Shown here in pieces: positions 27,549 through 37,138 of a stretch of 64,000 bases of DNA (positions are counted from its first letter, which is position 1; each line of letters starts with the position of its first letter). The notes below the pieces were generated by a model, which did no database searches, was not told where the DNA came from, and worked only from the letters and a program-made list of their open reading frames with translations. Position numbers and translations under genes: made by a program. The stretch comes from a virus, in IMG/VR virus record IMGVR_UViG_3300044259_000094, positions 1-64,000 of that record; one strand, given 5' to 3'.

Positions 27549-27575
27549 GGGTTGCTCTCTGTTGTAGAAGTGACA

Positions 27576-27609
27576 AGCTTACATAATGACGAAAGGGACA
27601 GCGTGGGGT
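27576..27609 (-). promoter_or_regulatory. phage promoter motif
   Basis: ACCCCA CGCT GTCCCT N12 TAAGCT. Confidence 0.7.
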
Positions 27610-27625
27610 TCACGACTGTCCCTTT
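27592..27625. terminator. possible bidirectional terminator hairpin overlapping the promoter upstream elements
   Basis: AAAGGGACAG...CTGTCCCTTT. Confidence 0.55.
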
Positions 27626-27643
27626 GGTAGAGCTAACTAGTGG

Positions 27644-28045
27644 TTAGCTTTTCGCTGGCGCTTTACCTCGACGGATACCCAACGCCTTGCCGGCGTAGTA
27701 CACGACGATCGTGAGCCAGAAGAACTGCTGCCAGTTCAGTGTCAGCCAACGCGGGTCAAGTTGAGGGAACAACTCTGCTCCCAGTCCTGCCCAGGTCCAG
27801 CCTACCCACAAGATGGAGCCGAACAGCAGGCCCGGGATAGACAAGCAGAACAGGAAGAAGCCGATGATCAGTGCGACCACGCCCAGAACAGCGACAGTCG
27901 CAGCCAGCAGGATTGCGCCCGTCTTCACCCAGCCCAACACGCCGCTCTGCGACTTCTTGCCTTTGTCAATCTGAGCCATCGCCCAATTCGACACAGCGCT
28001 CAGCCACTTTTTGGCTCGCTCTTTCATGCCAACGAGAAATTTCAT
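27644..28045 (-). CDS. integral membrane protein
   Basis: Three hydrophobic segments. Confidence 0.75.
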   Translation of the reverse strand: MKFLVGMKERAKKWLSAVSNWAMAQIDKGKKSQSGVLGWVKTGAILLAATVAVLGVVALIIGFFLFCLSIPGLLFGSILWVGWTWAGLGAELFPQLDPRWLTLNWQQFFWLTIVVYYAGKALGIRRGKAPAKS

Positions 28046-29163
28046 TCTTCTACCGCTCCTGTTTCGATTTCGCCACCTTCGGTGGGCAATTTGGCGGACT
28101 CAGCGTCCTCTTTCTGCAACTCTTCTACCTTCGCAGGCAGGAAAGCGCGCAGCTTGGCCATTGCATCTGGATCATCCTGCAGCTTTTTCTCCAGTGCAAC
28201 TTGGTAGATCTTCTTCCCTTCCCACACAATGTAGTTGCCTTCGCGCGGGAGCAGGTTCTTACGGACAAGGAAGTCGACCGTCGAACCCACAACATCAACC
28301 TTCGCACCGAAGCCGGTCATGTTGTACATCACACGCCACTTCGCTTTCTGGAACGGACGAGTGACCTTGTTCTTCACCACGTTGGCGGTGATTTCCTGAC
28401 CAAGAGTCTCTTTGTCGTCACCAGATTTGCCGTTGGTGATCATCTTGCGACCCAGGCTGATACGGATCGAAGCGTAATACTCGGCAGCGTTACCACCTGG
28501 GGTAGTGGTTGGGTCGCCGTACATCACACCGGGTTTCATACGAATCTGGTTCAGCAGAATCACCGTCATGTTGTAGTCCTCAGCGAACTGAGCCAACTGA
28601 GGGTAGTTCTGACTGGTGGCAGTTGCCAGCGCCAGTTTGTCCTTCATGTTGATACGATCGACGCGGCGTTTACCTTTGTCGTCGTACAGCTTGTCGTATG
28701 GAACCATCGAAGCTACCGAGTCGAACACCCATACCAGCGGTGCGTCATCAGGGATCAGCTTGAGCTTGCGAACCTGCTCACAGAAGTGCATCGCCAACTG
28801 GATGCTTTCTTCGAAGGTCTCAGGGCGCTTGTACACGAAGTTGCCGACATCCGGGTCAACGTTCAGGCCCAGAGATTGAGCCAACAGAGGCTCGAAGCTA
28901 CGTTCGTGGTCAGAGAAGCCGGCGATACCACCAGCATCTTGTGCGGCCTTCATGATCATGGTCGCGAGGAAGGTTTTACCCGACGAGGCTGGACCGAAGA
29001 TTTCGATCATGCGGCCACCTGGAACACCGCCCTTTTCAAACAAGCCGGAGAGCGCAGCGTCAAGCTCCGGGATGCCAGTGGACATCCAGTTCTTGATACC
29101 AACTCGGGTGGCGTTCTTACCGATCACGCCTTCGAGTGCTGCTGCCAATGCGGATTTAGCCAT
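28042..29163 (-). CDS. recA: RecA/UvsX-like recombinase
   Basis: GRMIEIFGPASSGKT, DSVA, NQIRMKPGVMYGDPTTTPGGNA..YYAS.RI, VVKNKV. Confidence 0.92.
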   Translation of the reverse strand: MAKSALAAALEGVIGKNATRVGIKNWMSTGIPELDAALSGLFEKGGVPGGRMIEIFGPASSGKTFLATMIMKAAQDAGGIAGFSDHERSFEPLLAQSLGLNVDPDVGNFVYKRPETFEESIQLAMHFCEQVRKLKLIPDDAPLVWVFDSVASMVPYDKLYDDKGKRRVDRINMKDKLALATATSQNYPQLAQFAEDYNMTVILLNQIRMKPGVMYGDPTTTPGGNAAEYYASIRISLGRKMITNGKSGDDKETLGQEITANVVKNKVTRPFQKAKWRVMYNMTGFGAKVDVVGSTVDFLVRKNLLPREGNYIVWEGKKIYQVALEKKLQDDPDAMAKLRAFLPAKVEELQKEDAESAKLPTEGGEIETGAVEE

Positions 29164-29173
29164 GTTCTTCCCC

Positions 29174-30145
29174 TTATTCGAAAATCTTGCGCCAGTTTTT
29201 CATATCGGTGGTGATAGTCAAAAAGGCATATTCATGACAGAAGTCGATGAAGCCGTTCTCGTCGAATGGCTTCTTCAACGTCACCTGCTTTTTCAGGATT
29301 TCGGTGCCGCGATGACGCTTGGTCAACAGGCTCATTAACTGCATGTTCCGCTTGAAGACCTCACGACCCGGGCCGAAGCAGAACTTTTCAATCTTGGAAC
29401 GCCAGAAGGACAGGTCAGCTGGGATGTCGGCTTTGGTAACTGCTTTCACAGGCAGAGCATCTGCCCAGGCATACATCTTCGCCACGCTACCCCAGCTCTT
29501 GAAGATCAGAGGGATAGCTTTCTCACCAATGCCTTCGACACCCGGGATGTTGTCGCTGCCATCACCAAGCATAGCTTTGGCTTGAGCGAACTCGATCACG
29601 TTCTTGTAGCCAGTGGATGCTTCGAAGTCGGCGAACGACACGAAGCGACCTTCTGGATACGAGTCAGTGCGACGAGGGTCAAACCAATCTACGTCCTCAT
29701 CAACCAGCTGCAACCAGTCCTGATCACCGGATACCAACAGGATCTTCGCGTTGGGCGAACGGTTGTGGATGATTGCAGAAGCCAGGTCATCAGCTTCATC
29801 ACCTTGAGCAAACGTCTGCTCGATACCCAGCAGAGCAAGACCCTGGCGCAGGATTGGTACCTGGCGCTTGTACTCACGGCGGGAGATAGCTTTCTCGGGA
29901 GTGTTGTCACGCTTGCCTTTGTACTCAGGGAACAAGTCATAGCGCCATTGCGCTCGGCTGTCCCACAGACATTGGACTTTGGTGCGACCCGGAGTAGCGA
30001 ACTTCTCCATTGCGGTCTTGATCATTTTCATGCCGAAGAAGACGGCTTGAATCTGACCAGTCCGATGCTTGAGTTCGCGGGCGTTGTGAGCGGCGTAACC
30101 GACAGAGTTGGTGTCGATCAGAATGAGGTCGTATTGCTTAGACAT
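29174..30145 (-). CDS. 5'-3' exonuclease / RNase H (FEN family)
   Basis: LID.N, WD...R...FPEYKGKR, EADD, SGDQD, LGDGSDNIPGVEGIGEK. Confidence 0.92.
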   Translation of the reverse strand: MSKQYDLILIDTNSVGYAAHNARELKHRTGQIQAVFFGMKMIKTAMEKFATPGRTKVQCLWDSRAQWRYDLFPEYKGKRDNTPEKAISRREYKRQVPILRQGLALLGIEQTFAQGDEADDLASAIIHNRSPNAKILLVSGDQDWLQLVDEDVDWFDPRRTDSYPEGRFVSFADFEASTGYKNVIEFAQAKAMLGDGSDNIPGVEGIGEKAIPLIFKSWGSVAKMYAWADALPVKAVTKADIPADLSFWRSKIEKFCFGPGREVFKRNMQLMSLLTKRHRGTEILKKQVTLKKPFDENGFIDFCHEYAFLTITTDMKNWRKIFE

Positions 30146-30167
30146 TGGTGCATTCCTCTTGGAATTA

Positions 30168-30190
30168 GAAAAGGGGCCTTTCAGCCCCTT
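30168..30190 (-). terminator. intrinsic terminator after ssb
   Basis: AAGGGGC-TGAAAG-GCCCCTT then TTCT. Confidence 0.75.
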
Positions 30191-30209
30191 CCTTAGACAG
30201 GTCGAACGA

Positions 30210-31055
30210 TCAGCCCAGCAGATCGTCCAGCTCGTCCAGACCTTCGAGGTCAGCGTCGCTCACTGCGCTGGATGCGGTAGCAGCACGGACGGTAGGTTTC
30301 ACCGATTCGTACTCTACTTCATCTGCGTCCGAGGACAGATCAGCCAAAGCTGGATGGCTACCACGTTTTGCAGGAGCCCCCGAAGCAGCAGGCAGCAGAC
30401 CAGCGATAGCGCCGACAGCGGTCAGAGCTTTGGTCTCGCCGGCAGGGTTTTCCTGAGCAACGAACTCGTCCAGGTTCGGCAGCTGGGTCAGCACGCTCGC
30501 AGGAACGGGCTTCGACTTCGCAGCCGGGATCACAGTGTACTTGGTGTCCAGGCCGGAACCGGTACGGGTGATCTTGATGTCGGTACCTTCGTTGAGGTCG
30601 GTGATGTCACCGTACTCGCCGATCAGACCGCAGATCGCTTCGAACACACCCTGGCCAACTTCCATGATCTGCACTTTGCCTGGCTCGGTGCCAGTCAGGT
30701 GCTGAACGTTCAGGAGGTAGCGCTGTGCGGACAGGGAGTCTTTCAGCTGCTTGGTCATATCGTCGTTGGTCGACACTGCCATCAGCTTCTTCGCGGCTTC
30801 ACACACTTCACACGGCTTGCCGAAGGTCTTGTCGCTGCAAATGTACACAGCGGCAGGCTTGGTCGTGCCGTCGTTGGACTTGATGAAGTGCATGGCGAAG
30901 TCATGCCAGAACTGCTTGTCGTCACCACCGCGCCACGAAGGCATGATGCGGTAGGTGTGGGTGCCTGGCTGAGGTTTCAAAGTATTCTGGCGCGATTTCT
31001 TCGCGGCCATATCCTTCTGTTTGCCAGCAATCAGGTCTTGAATGGATACACCCAT
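30210..31055 (-). CDS. gp32-like single-stranded DNA-binding protein
   Basis: RIMP, H...C......CEVCE zinc site, DITD..EG.DI.I.RTG.G..TKY, acidic tail LDELDDLLG. Confidence 0.8.
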   Translation of the reverse strand: MGVSIQDLIAGKQKDMAAKKSRQNTLKPQPGTHTYRIMPSWRGGDDKQFWHDFAMHFIKSNDGTTKPAAVYICSDKTFGKPCEVCEAAKKLMAVSTNDDMTKQLKDSLSAQRYLLNVQHLTGTEPGKVQIMEVGQGVFEAICGLIGEYGDITDLNEGTDIKITRTGSGLDTKYTVIPAAKSKPVPASVLTQLPNLDEFVAQENPAGETKALTAVGAIAGLLPAASGAPAKRGSHPALADLSSDADEVEYESVKPTVRAATASSAVSDADLEGLDELDDLLG

Positions 31056-31224
31056 TTTTACATCCTCAGTTTATATAGCGATATGTCGAAAAGGTTTTAT
31101 GTCGATCATTGCAGGTTGTTCATCAGAGAACAGGTCACTTGGGCTTCGAACCTGAGCTGCTGCTCTCTGATGTTGTTGATTCTACGCAGTCACTCGAAAC
31201 GAGTCTACAGGTAGAAGTGAGGCA

Positions 31225-31740
31225 TCAATCGCAGCTCGAAGAACCGGAATCGGAGCTGCAAGAACTGGACGACGAGCTGCTGGACGATGACGAGCAGCTA
31301 CCACCGCTGTAGCTCGGGCTGGAGTCATACGATGAAGAACGCGACGAGCTGCCGCAGTCATCCCAGGATGAACCAGAACGAGAAGAGGACGAAGGGGCCG
31401 GCGTGCTGTGAATCGGGTTCAGCGGACTGATTGGATTCGACGGGTTGACCAGAGAGTCGTCACTACGACTTTGGCTCGACGTTGCGCTACGGCTACTGGT
31501 TACAGATGGGCCAGACCCACTTGTTGAGCGCAAACGGTCGCGCTCACGGCGTTCACGTTCCAGTCGACGATTACGGTCTTCGCGCGTCTGCTCGGCCTGT
31601 TTCATGCTTTTCAGGTCAGAGCGGGCTTCATCACGTTGACGGAGCGCACGACGGCGCCCCGCTTCGAGGATGATAGCCACGCCGGTTACTGTTGCGAGGG
31701 CAATACCCGACGCAATTTCACTCAGTGTGGTTTCGATCAT
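31225..31740 (-). CDS. membrane-anchored protein with Ser-rich low-complexity tail
   Basis: N-terminal TM helix, poly-Ser C-terminus. Confidence 0.7.
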   Translation of the reverse strand: MIETTLSEIASGIALATVTGVAIILEAGRRRALRQRDEARSDLKSMKQAEQTREDRNRRLERERRERDRLRSTSGSGPSVTSSRSATSSQSRSDDSLVNPSNPISPLNPIHSTPAPSSSSRSGSSWDDCGSSSRSSSYDSSPSYSGGSCSSSSSSSSSSSCSSDSGSSSCD

Positions 31741-31958
31741 TGCTGGTTCTCCAGATTGCATACACGCTCGTGCAGAGCGTTGTCGGCCGCATTAACGACC
31801 GAAGAAAGGGTCGCAACAGAGGTATTCAGCGAGTCGATGCTGACCTTGAAACGACTGTTCTCGGCCTTGAGCGATTCGATTGCCGCGTGCAGCTTGATTT
31901 GCTGCCCGGCGAGCCAAATGACCGATATGGCAATAGCGATGACAAGCAGTGTAGCCAT
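31737..31958 (-). CDS. small membrane-anchored coiled-coil protein
   Basis: N-terminal TM helix; coupled at both ends. Confidence 0.65.
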   Translation of the reverse strand: MATLLVIAIAISVIWLAGQQIKLHAAIESLKAENSRFKVSIDSLNTSVATLSSVVNAADNALHERVCNLENQQ

Positions 31959-33166
31959 TACTTGCTCTCCAGTTGGGACAGAGCGCGCTCGCCGGCATGT
32001 TCTTTCATGCGAAGTTCACCCTGCTTCTCCAGGCGAAGGTCTGCACCTACCTGAATCAGCATGTCCTTACGGTGACGGAAGCTGTCCGCCGCAGATGCAA
32101 CCATCGAGGCGATTGCTTTCGCTTCGTGGGCACGTTCTTGTGCAGCTTGGTAGCTGCTGTCCTGGATGACCAGCGCGTCGATGGACTTCTCGGTGAACTT
32201 GGTACCGGATGCAATCATCGCATCGCGGAACTTCTGGTTCAGCTGCGCTTCCAGAAGGTCGACTTGCTGCTTGGCACGGTCGGACTGATAGGTAGCATCG
32301 GCCGACAGGCGAGCGTAGTGGGCAAACAGCGCCGCTTGACGGGTCATGCCGTCGTTGATGGTTGCTTCGGTGAAGTGCAGGTCACGCTGCAACTGATCGG
32401 CGTCGATGAAGGTGTTCAGAGCACCGGCTTTACGACCGGCTGCACCGACCGGAGTTACAGCTACCGGCTTGCTTGGTGCGGAAACGACTGGCGCTGGAGC
32501 AGGTTCAACTTCGACGGTAGCGAGCAGAGCTGCCAGCTCGTCTTCATCGGACTTCGCAGAGCCGCTGTTGATCACCCGCTCGGCCGTCTCGACAGTTTCG
32601 ACCAGCTCAGCCAGCTCGGCGTCGGTTACGTCTTCGACAGTGCGGGGCTTTGCTTCGTCAGGCTCGAACGGCTTGTCAGCCAGCTTGTCATGCTCTTGCT
32701 TGCGGACCAGGAGACCCAGCATCTGCTGATGCACCGAGTCGATGTCGGACGTATCGTCGATCTGGGCGATGACAGGCGCTACCACATTGGTAACCAATTC
32801 TTCGGTCATGGCGAACTTGATTGCCAGCGAGCCGATCAGGTCGATCACTTCGACAGCGAAGGCTTCGAGTTCGGCCGCGTTCATCGCTGCCTTCGAAGTT
32901 GCAGGTGCAACAACTGGCGCCGAGTCCAGATCTTCCAGACCGGCCAGGTCATCTTCGGTTACGACTGCTTGAACCGCCGGCGCTTGAGTAGCGACAGGCT
33001 CGTCGAAGTCTTTCAGCGGCTTGAGGTTACGCTTGCGAACAGGCTTTGCAGAAGCTGGTGCTGCAGCTACAGGCGCATCCAGTTCTTCGAGTGCCGCAAG
33101 GTCGTCGTTGTCCAAGCCGGCGAGCATCGCTTCCAGCTCGTCAATGTCGTTCACTTCTTTTGCCAT
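31958..33166 (-). CDS. acidic N-terminal region plus UvsY-like recombination mediator domain
   Basis: C-terminal DL......Q..L...Y......KFTEKSI...V..D..Y.....F.HRKDML helical pattern; next to ssb/recA; start moved to MAKEVN. Confidence 0.6.
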   Translation of the reverse strand: MAKEVNDIDELEAMLAGLDNDDLAALEELDAPVAAAPASAKPVRKRNLKPLKDFDEPVATQAPAVQAVVTEDDLAGLEDLDSAPVVAPATSKAAMNAAELEAFAVEVIDLIGSLAIKFAMTEELVTNVVAPVIAQIDDTSDIDSVHQQMLGLLVRKQEHDKLADKPFEPDEAKPRTVEDVTDAELAELVETVETAERVINSGSAKSDEDELAALLATVEVEPAPAPVVSAPSKPVAVTPVGAAGRKAGALNTFIDADQLQRDLHFTEATINDGMTRQAALFAHYARLSADATYQSDRAKQQVDLLEAQLNQKFRDAMIASGTKFTEKSIDALVIQDSSYQAAQERAHEAKAIASMVASAADSFRHRKDMLIQVGADLRLEKQGELRMKEHAGERALSQLESK

Positions 33167-33205
33167 TTGGGTTGTCTCGCTGTTTATGTGAGTGAGTCGA
33201 GCGCT

Positions 33206-33239
33206 ATTAAAGCACTCGCTCACAGGGTTTACGCGGGGT
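33206..33239 (-). promoter_or_regulatory. phage promoter motif, -10 in hairpin loop
   Basis: ACCCCG CGTA AACCCT N12 TTTAAT; imperfect inverted repeat around the -10. Confidence 0.7.
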
Positions 33240-33242
33240 TTG

Positions 33243-36200
33243 TTAGCTGAAAATGTCAGCTACCTGCTGAAACACTTGGTCGAGCAGGGCTTGTTTGGAC
33301 CCGTCGAAGCAAATCATAGCCGGGTTGAAGCCGGATACAACCGTGCAGTCGGACTTTGGATCGAAGAAGGACTTGCCACAGTTGTCCTCCCAGCCACCCT
33401 TGATATCCGGGACGAGCTGTCTTACAGATTTGCTACCCAGAGCTACGATCACCGGTGGTTTCAGAAGGGCAATCTCCCGCTCAAGGAACTTGCCACAACC
33501 GTTCGCAGTGACGTTGGTAATCTCCTCGTCTTTCAGCTTGCGGGCTTTGATGTAGCTGGTCACATAGACTTCGGACATCTTGAGACCTGCTTTGGTCAGG
33601 GACGCCTTGATGAAGTTCGCGGTGTCACCCACCATCATCTGACCCTTCTCTTCCTCTTTGTAGGATGGGCCATCCACGACGATCATGACTTTGGGTTTCT
33701 TACCCAGGACTGGTTGAGGGTGGTTGCGACCAATGAACGGACACCCGTCACAACCCTTGTAGGTCTGGTAGTCCTCAACGATCTGAACCAGCTCAGCACT
33801 CACAGCGCCGGTGACATCGATCACCCGTTCGGCTTTGACGTTGCTAACCACAATCCCGGGTAGCAGCTCCTTCTGGTCACGCAACCGATCTGGGTGACGG
33901 CTATCAAGTTGCCCGGGTTCGATCTTGCTGAATGCACCGATCTTGTCGAGTTTCTCCTGTGCGGTCTTGTTGCACGCACGACGGTCGACCTCAAGAATCA
34001 TTTCGGCCTTGTTCTTGAAACCACGACCAAGCTTCTTGCGTGCAGCCAGAATAGCTGCGGCCGACTTCTCAGACAGACCCTTCACAGACTGGAACGGTGC
34101 ATAGAGGATCTTCTGACCCCGTGCGCTATCGAAACCAATCTCATAGCGGTCAGAGCTATGGTTGATATCAGGAGGGACGATGTAGATGTCACTGGCTTGA
34201 GCGTCTTTGGCAAGACCAGGCAGCTTCTGCTCATCCAGAATCGACAGACAGGCTGCATAGAACGCTTCTGGGTAGTACACCTTCACCCACATGGTCATGT
34301 AGCTGATCAGGGTGTACGCCACAGAGTGAGACTTGTTGAAGCCATAGCCGGCGAACTTCTCGATCTGCTCGAAGATGAAGGTCGCGGTCGCATGATCCAG
34401 CCCGGACGTAGCGATACAGCCGTCAACGAACTTGTCGCGTTGCTCAGCCATCTTCACCGGGTCTTTCTTACCCATGATCTTTCGCAGGCCGTCTGCTTCT
34501 GGGAAGGTGTAACCCGCAAGGTCACGGGAAATCTGCATGACCTGTTCCTGATAGACCATGACGGACATCGTAGGCTCAAGCGCAGCTTTCATGTTCGGGT
34601 GAAGATACTCGGGTTCCTGGAACTCCTTCTTGATGGCGACGTACATTTCCATCAGACCCGCTTGCATTGGACCCGGGCGATACAGAGCTGTTGCGGCTAC
34701 ACAGTCCTCGAATGTCAACGTACCGGTTGATCCAAGCTCCTTGAGAAGCTTCCGCATACCGCCGGATTCAAACTGGAATACGCCGTAGGTCTTAGCCTCT
34801 GCGAACGCCTGCAAAACCTTCTTGTCATCAAGAGGCAACCTGGTGAAGTCTACAGACACGCCAGAGCTTTCGTGGATGTAGTCTTTGCAGAGACGGAGAA
34901 TGTCCAAGTTGGACAGACCCAGTACGTCGAGCTTGATCAAGCCAAAGTCTTCCACGACCCGCTTGTCCCAGTTGACGATACCCACACCTTGTCTGTTGTT
35001 GACTACGCCACGATGGACGATCTTGTCGCCGGCTACAACGACACCAGCTGCGTGCTTGGCAAAGTTCTTGAACGTACCTTGCAGACCCACAGACGTTGCC
35101 CAGACTTGAGGATGGTTGAGCGCAAGCTTCTCAAGCTCCGGGACATACGCGACCGCTTTCTCAAGCGGAACAGGTACACCAGATTCTTTGGGCACCAGCT
35201 TGGAACAATCGTACTCGCTCTCATGCAGGCCATACGCTTTGCCCACCGCTTGAATCGCACCAGCGCCAGCAAGGGTGTTGTAGTTGGCGATCTGGACAAC
35301 GTGATCGTTGCCGAACTTGCTTACAAGGTGGTCAACGATATCCTGGCGTCGGCTGGACATGAAGTCCAAGTCAACGTCTGGCAAGTCGATACGTTCCGGG
35401 TTGATGAAACGTTCGAAAATCAGGTTGAAGCGGATCGGGTCAACGTCAGTGATGCCCATGAGATACGCGACAAGGCTACCGCCGACAGAACCACGACCCG
35501 GGCCTACCATGATTTCGTTTGTCTTCGACCAGTTCACGACATAGTGAACCAACTGGAAGTAGGCTTCGAACTTCATCTTCTGGAGGATGGACAGCTCGTA
35601 CTTGAGACGGTCTTGATACTTCGGCAGATCAGCAGACGCCGGCTTGTAGCCGAAGACTTCCGTACCCAGGCGATCCTTCCAGCCTTGCTTACAGATGGCT
35701 ACGATATCTGCCATTGGTGTAGCGGACATCGTAGGGAGACTGGGCTCAAGTTTCTTCCATTGGTACGGATGATCCTTGAAGTAGTCGTTGGTCTTCGCCA
35801 AAGCATCGTTGAGCCACTCAGTAACGTTGTCACCGTCGGCTCCGTCATCCACGCGATTGCAGATCCGGTCGACAGTCTTCGCTACTTGGTCGAGCCACTC
35901 AGCTTGCTCCAAGACATAGAGGTCTTCTGGAGGTTCACGCCGCCACATGCTGTCTGCTTTGTCGTGGGACAGGATCGAGTTCATCGTCGACCGGAAGCTG
36001 GACTCGCCTTTCTGATTGAGGGTCGGTCGAGTGACGATAGCTTTGATGCCCCGTTCCTCGAATGCTTTGTAGCTCTGCGCATTGTGCGCGTCGTAATACA
36101 TTGAGTTGACTGGGACGACTTCTGCGAGCACTTGTGACACGTCCAAATGATCGCACAGCATGTCTAGTAACTTATCTTTGTCTCGCAGCGTAAACGCGCT

Positions 36201-36641
36201 GTAAGCGCTTCCCAGAGTCATCGTCAGGTTGCCCCGAGACACGAACTCGATCAGCTCTTCGCGGCTGATTTGTGCGCGTGCAGGCTTGGTGCAGTAGTGG
36301 TCTTCCTGCTGTGCGAGGGTCATGAGTTCACACAGGTCACGGAAGCCTTGTTCGTTGCGGACAAACAAGGTCGTGACGAACACCGGGTTGGGCTTGCGTT
36401 TCGGCTCACCACGCTTGGCTGCTACCCAGGTGAGGTCTTCGACCACAGCCATTTGCACGCCCAGTCCGATACGCAGGGTCTTTGCCTTGCTCATGAGAAT
36501 GGGCATGGCGTCGATCGACTCAACGTCCGTTACCACTAAGCCATCATACCCAGCAAGCTCAGCCTTTTTGACTAGAGCTTCTGGGTCATAGATGCTTTCG
36601 CCAAGACTGAAATGTGTCTTGGCTCCTAGCAGGTTATTCAT
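33243..36641 (-). CDS. dnaE: DNA polymerase III alpha subunit with C-terminal uracil-DNA-glycosylase-like domain
   Basis: GPGRGS.GGSLVAY, FERFINPER.DLPDVDLDF, HAAGVV, KLDVLGL, FNKSH; C-terminal family-4 UDG-like region. Confidence 0.95.
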   Translation of the reverse strand: MNNLLGAKTHFSLGESIYDPEALVKKAELAGYDGLVVTDVESIDAMPILMSKAKTLRIGLGVQMAVVEDLTWVAAKRGEPKRKPNPVFVTTLFVRNEQGFRDLCELMTLAQQEDHYCTKPARAQISREELIEFVSRGNLTMTLGSAYSAFTLRDKDKLLDMLCDHLDVSQVLAEVVPVNSMYYDAHNAQSYKAFEERGIKAIVTRPTLNQKGESSFRSTMNSILSHDKADSMWRREPPEDLYVLEQAEWLDQVAKTVDRICNRVDDGADGDNVTEWLNDALAKTNDYFKDHPYQWKKLEPSLPTMSATPMADIVAICKQGWKDRLGTEVFGYKPASADLPKYQDRLKYELSILQKMKFEAYFQLVHYVVNWSKTNEIMVGPGRGSVGGSLVAYLMGITDVDPIRFNLIFERFINPERIDLPDVDLDFMSSRRQDIVDHLVSKFGNDHVVQIANYNTLAGAGAIQAVGKAYGLHESEYDCSKLVPKESGVPVPLEKAVAYVPELEKLALNHPQVWATSVGLQGTFKNFAKHAAGVVVAGDKIVHRGVVNNRQGVGIVNWDKRVVEDFGLIKLDVLGLSNLDILRLCKDYIHESSGVSVDFTRLPLDDKKVLQAFAEAKTYGVFQFESGGMRKLLKELGSTGTLTFEDCVAATALYRPGPMQAGLMEMYVAIKKEFQEPEYLHPNMKAALEPTMSVMVYQEQVMQISRDLAGYTFPEADGLRKIMGKKDPVKMAEQRDKFVDGCIATSGLDHATATFIFEQIEKFAGYGFNKSHSVAYTLISYMTMWVKVYYPEAFYAACLSILDEQKLPGLAKDAQASDIYIVPPDINHSSDRYEIGFDSARGQKILYAPFQSVKGLSEKSAAAILAARKKLGRGFKNKAEMILEVDRRACNKTAQEKLDKIGAFSKIEPGQLDSRHPDRLRDQKELLPGIVVSNVKAERVIDVTGAVSAELVQIVEDYQTYKGCDGCPFIGRNHPQPVLGKKPKVMIVVDGPSYKEEEKGQMMVGDTANFIKASLTKAGLKMSEVYVTSYIKARKLKDEEITNVTANGCGKFLEREIALLKPPVIVALGSKSVRQLVPDIKGGWEDNCGKSFFDPKSDCTVVSGFNPAMICFDGSKQALLDQVFQQVADIFS

Positions 36642-36643
36642 GG

Positions 36644-37069
36644 TCAGTACCTTAGTAAGATCCTTCCACCTTCCACACTGGCAAGGTTGTTTGTTAACAG
36701 CACACCGACGGTTTCTTTTGCCGTCTGCACAGCCTCATCCTTTTGCCATTTCAGCTTTTGCATGAGGGTTTGAACGAGAACACCCGGCGTGGGGCTCTCC
36801 AACGTCATCAGAATCCCAACAGCTTTTTGCTGTCGAGAGTTCATTGTAGCGACGATGCGCTCGGTAGAGTCAGGTAGTCGCTTCTGTGCCTTCTGTGACG
36901 CGCTGTGAGACATTTTCAGCACCGAGTCGACGCTCACCATTGCTCTGAGTTCCTCGATGCGCTGTAGCGCTGCCAGAGCGCATGACTGGCTCTCGTCACA
37001 CTTGGCACATGCAGGCGACTTGTTGCTGTAGGTGATGGCGTTGCCGTAGCAACCGGGTTTGTCGTACAT
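36644..37069 (-). CDS. Cys-rich N-terminus plus possible winged-helix protein
   Basis: PGCYG...CAKC...C; AGGAG SD. Confidence 0.7.
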   Translation of the reverse strand: MYDKPGCYGNAITYSNKSPACAKCDESQSCALAALQRIEELRAMVSVDSVLKMSHSASQKAQKRLPDSTERIVATMNSRQQKAVGILMTLESPTPGVLVQTLMQKLKWQKDEAVQTAKETVGVLLTNNLASVEGGRILLRY

Positions 37070-37088
37070 CGCCAACTCCTTTCTTTGG

Positions 37089-37119
37089 AAACAAAAAAGC
37101 AGGTCCGAAGACCTGCTTT
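37089..37119 (-). terminator. intrinsic terminator
   Basis: AAAGCAGGTC-TTCG-GACCTGCTTT followed by TTTGTTT. Confidence 0.88.
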
Positions 37120-37138
37120 CGCTAACGAGCTACCGATA

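Noticed and set aside
31225-31500. Ser-rich low-complexity tract as a repeat element or ncRNA
   Set aside because: It is simply the in-frame poly-Ser tail of a membrane protein.
36820-37000. Possible sixth CC/GG-poor island
   Set aside because: It contains several CC/GG sites and is not clearly beyond background by eye.
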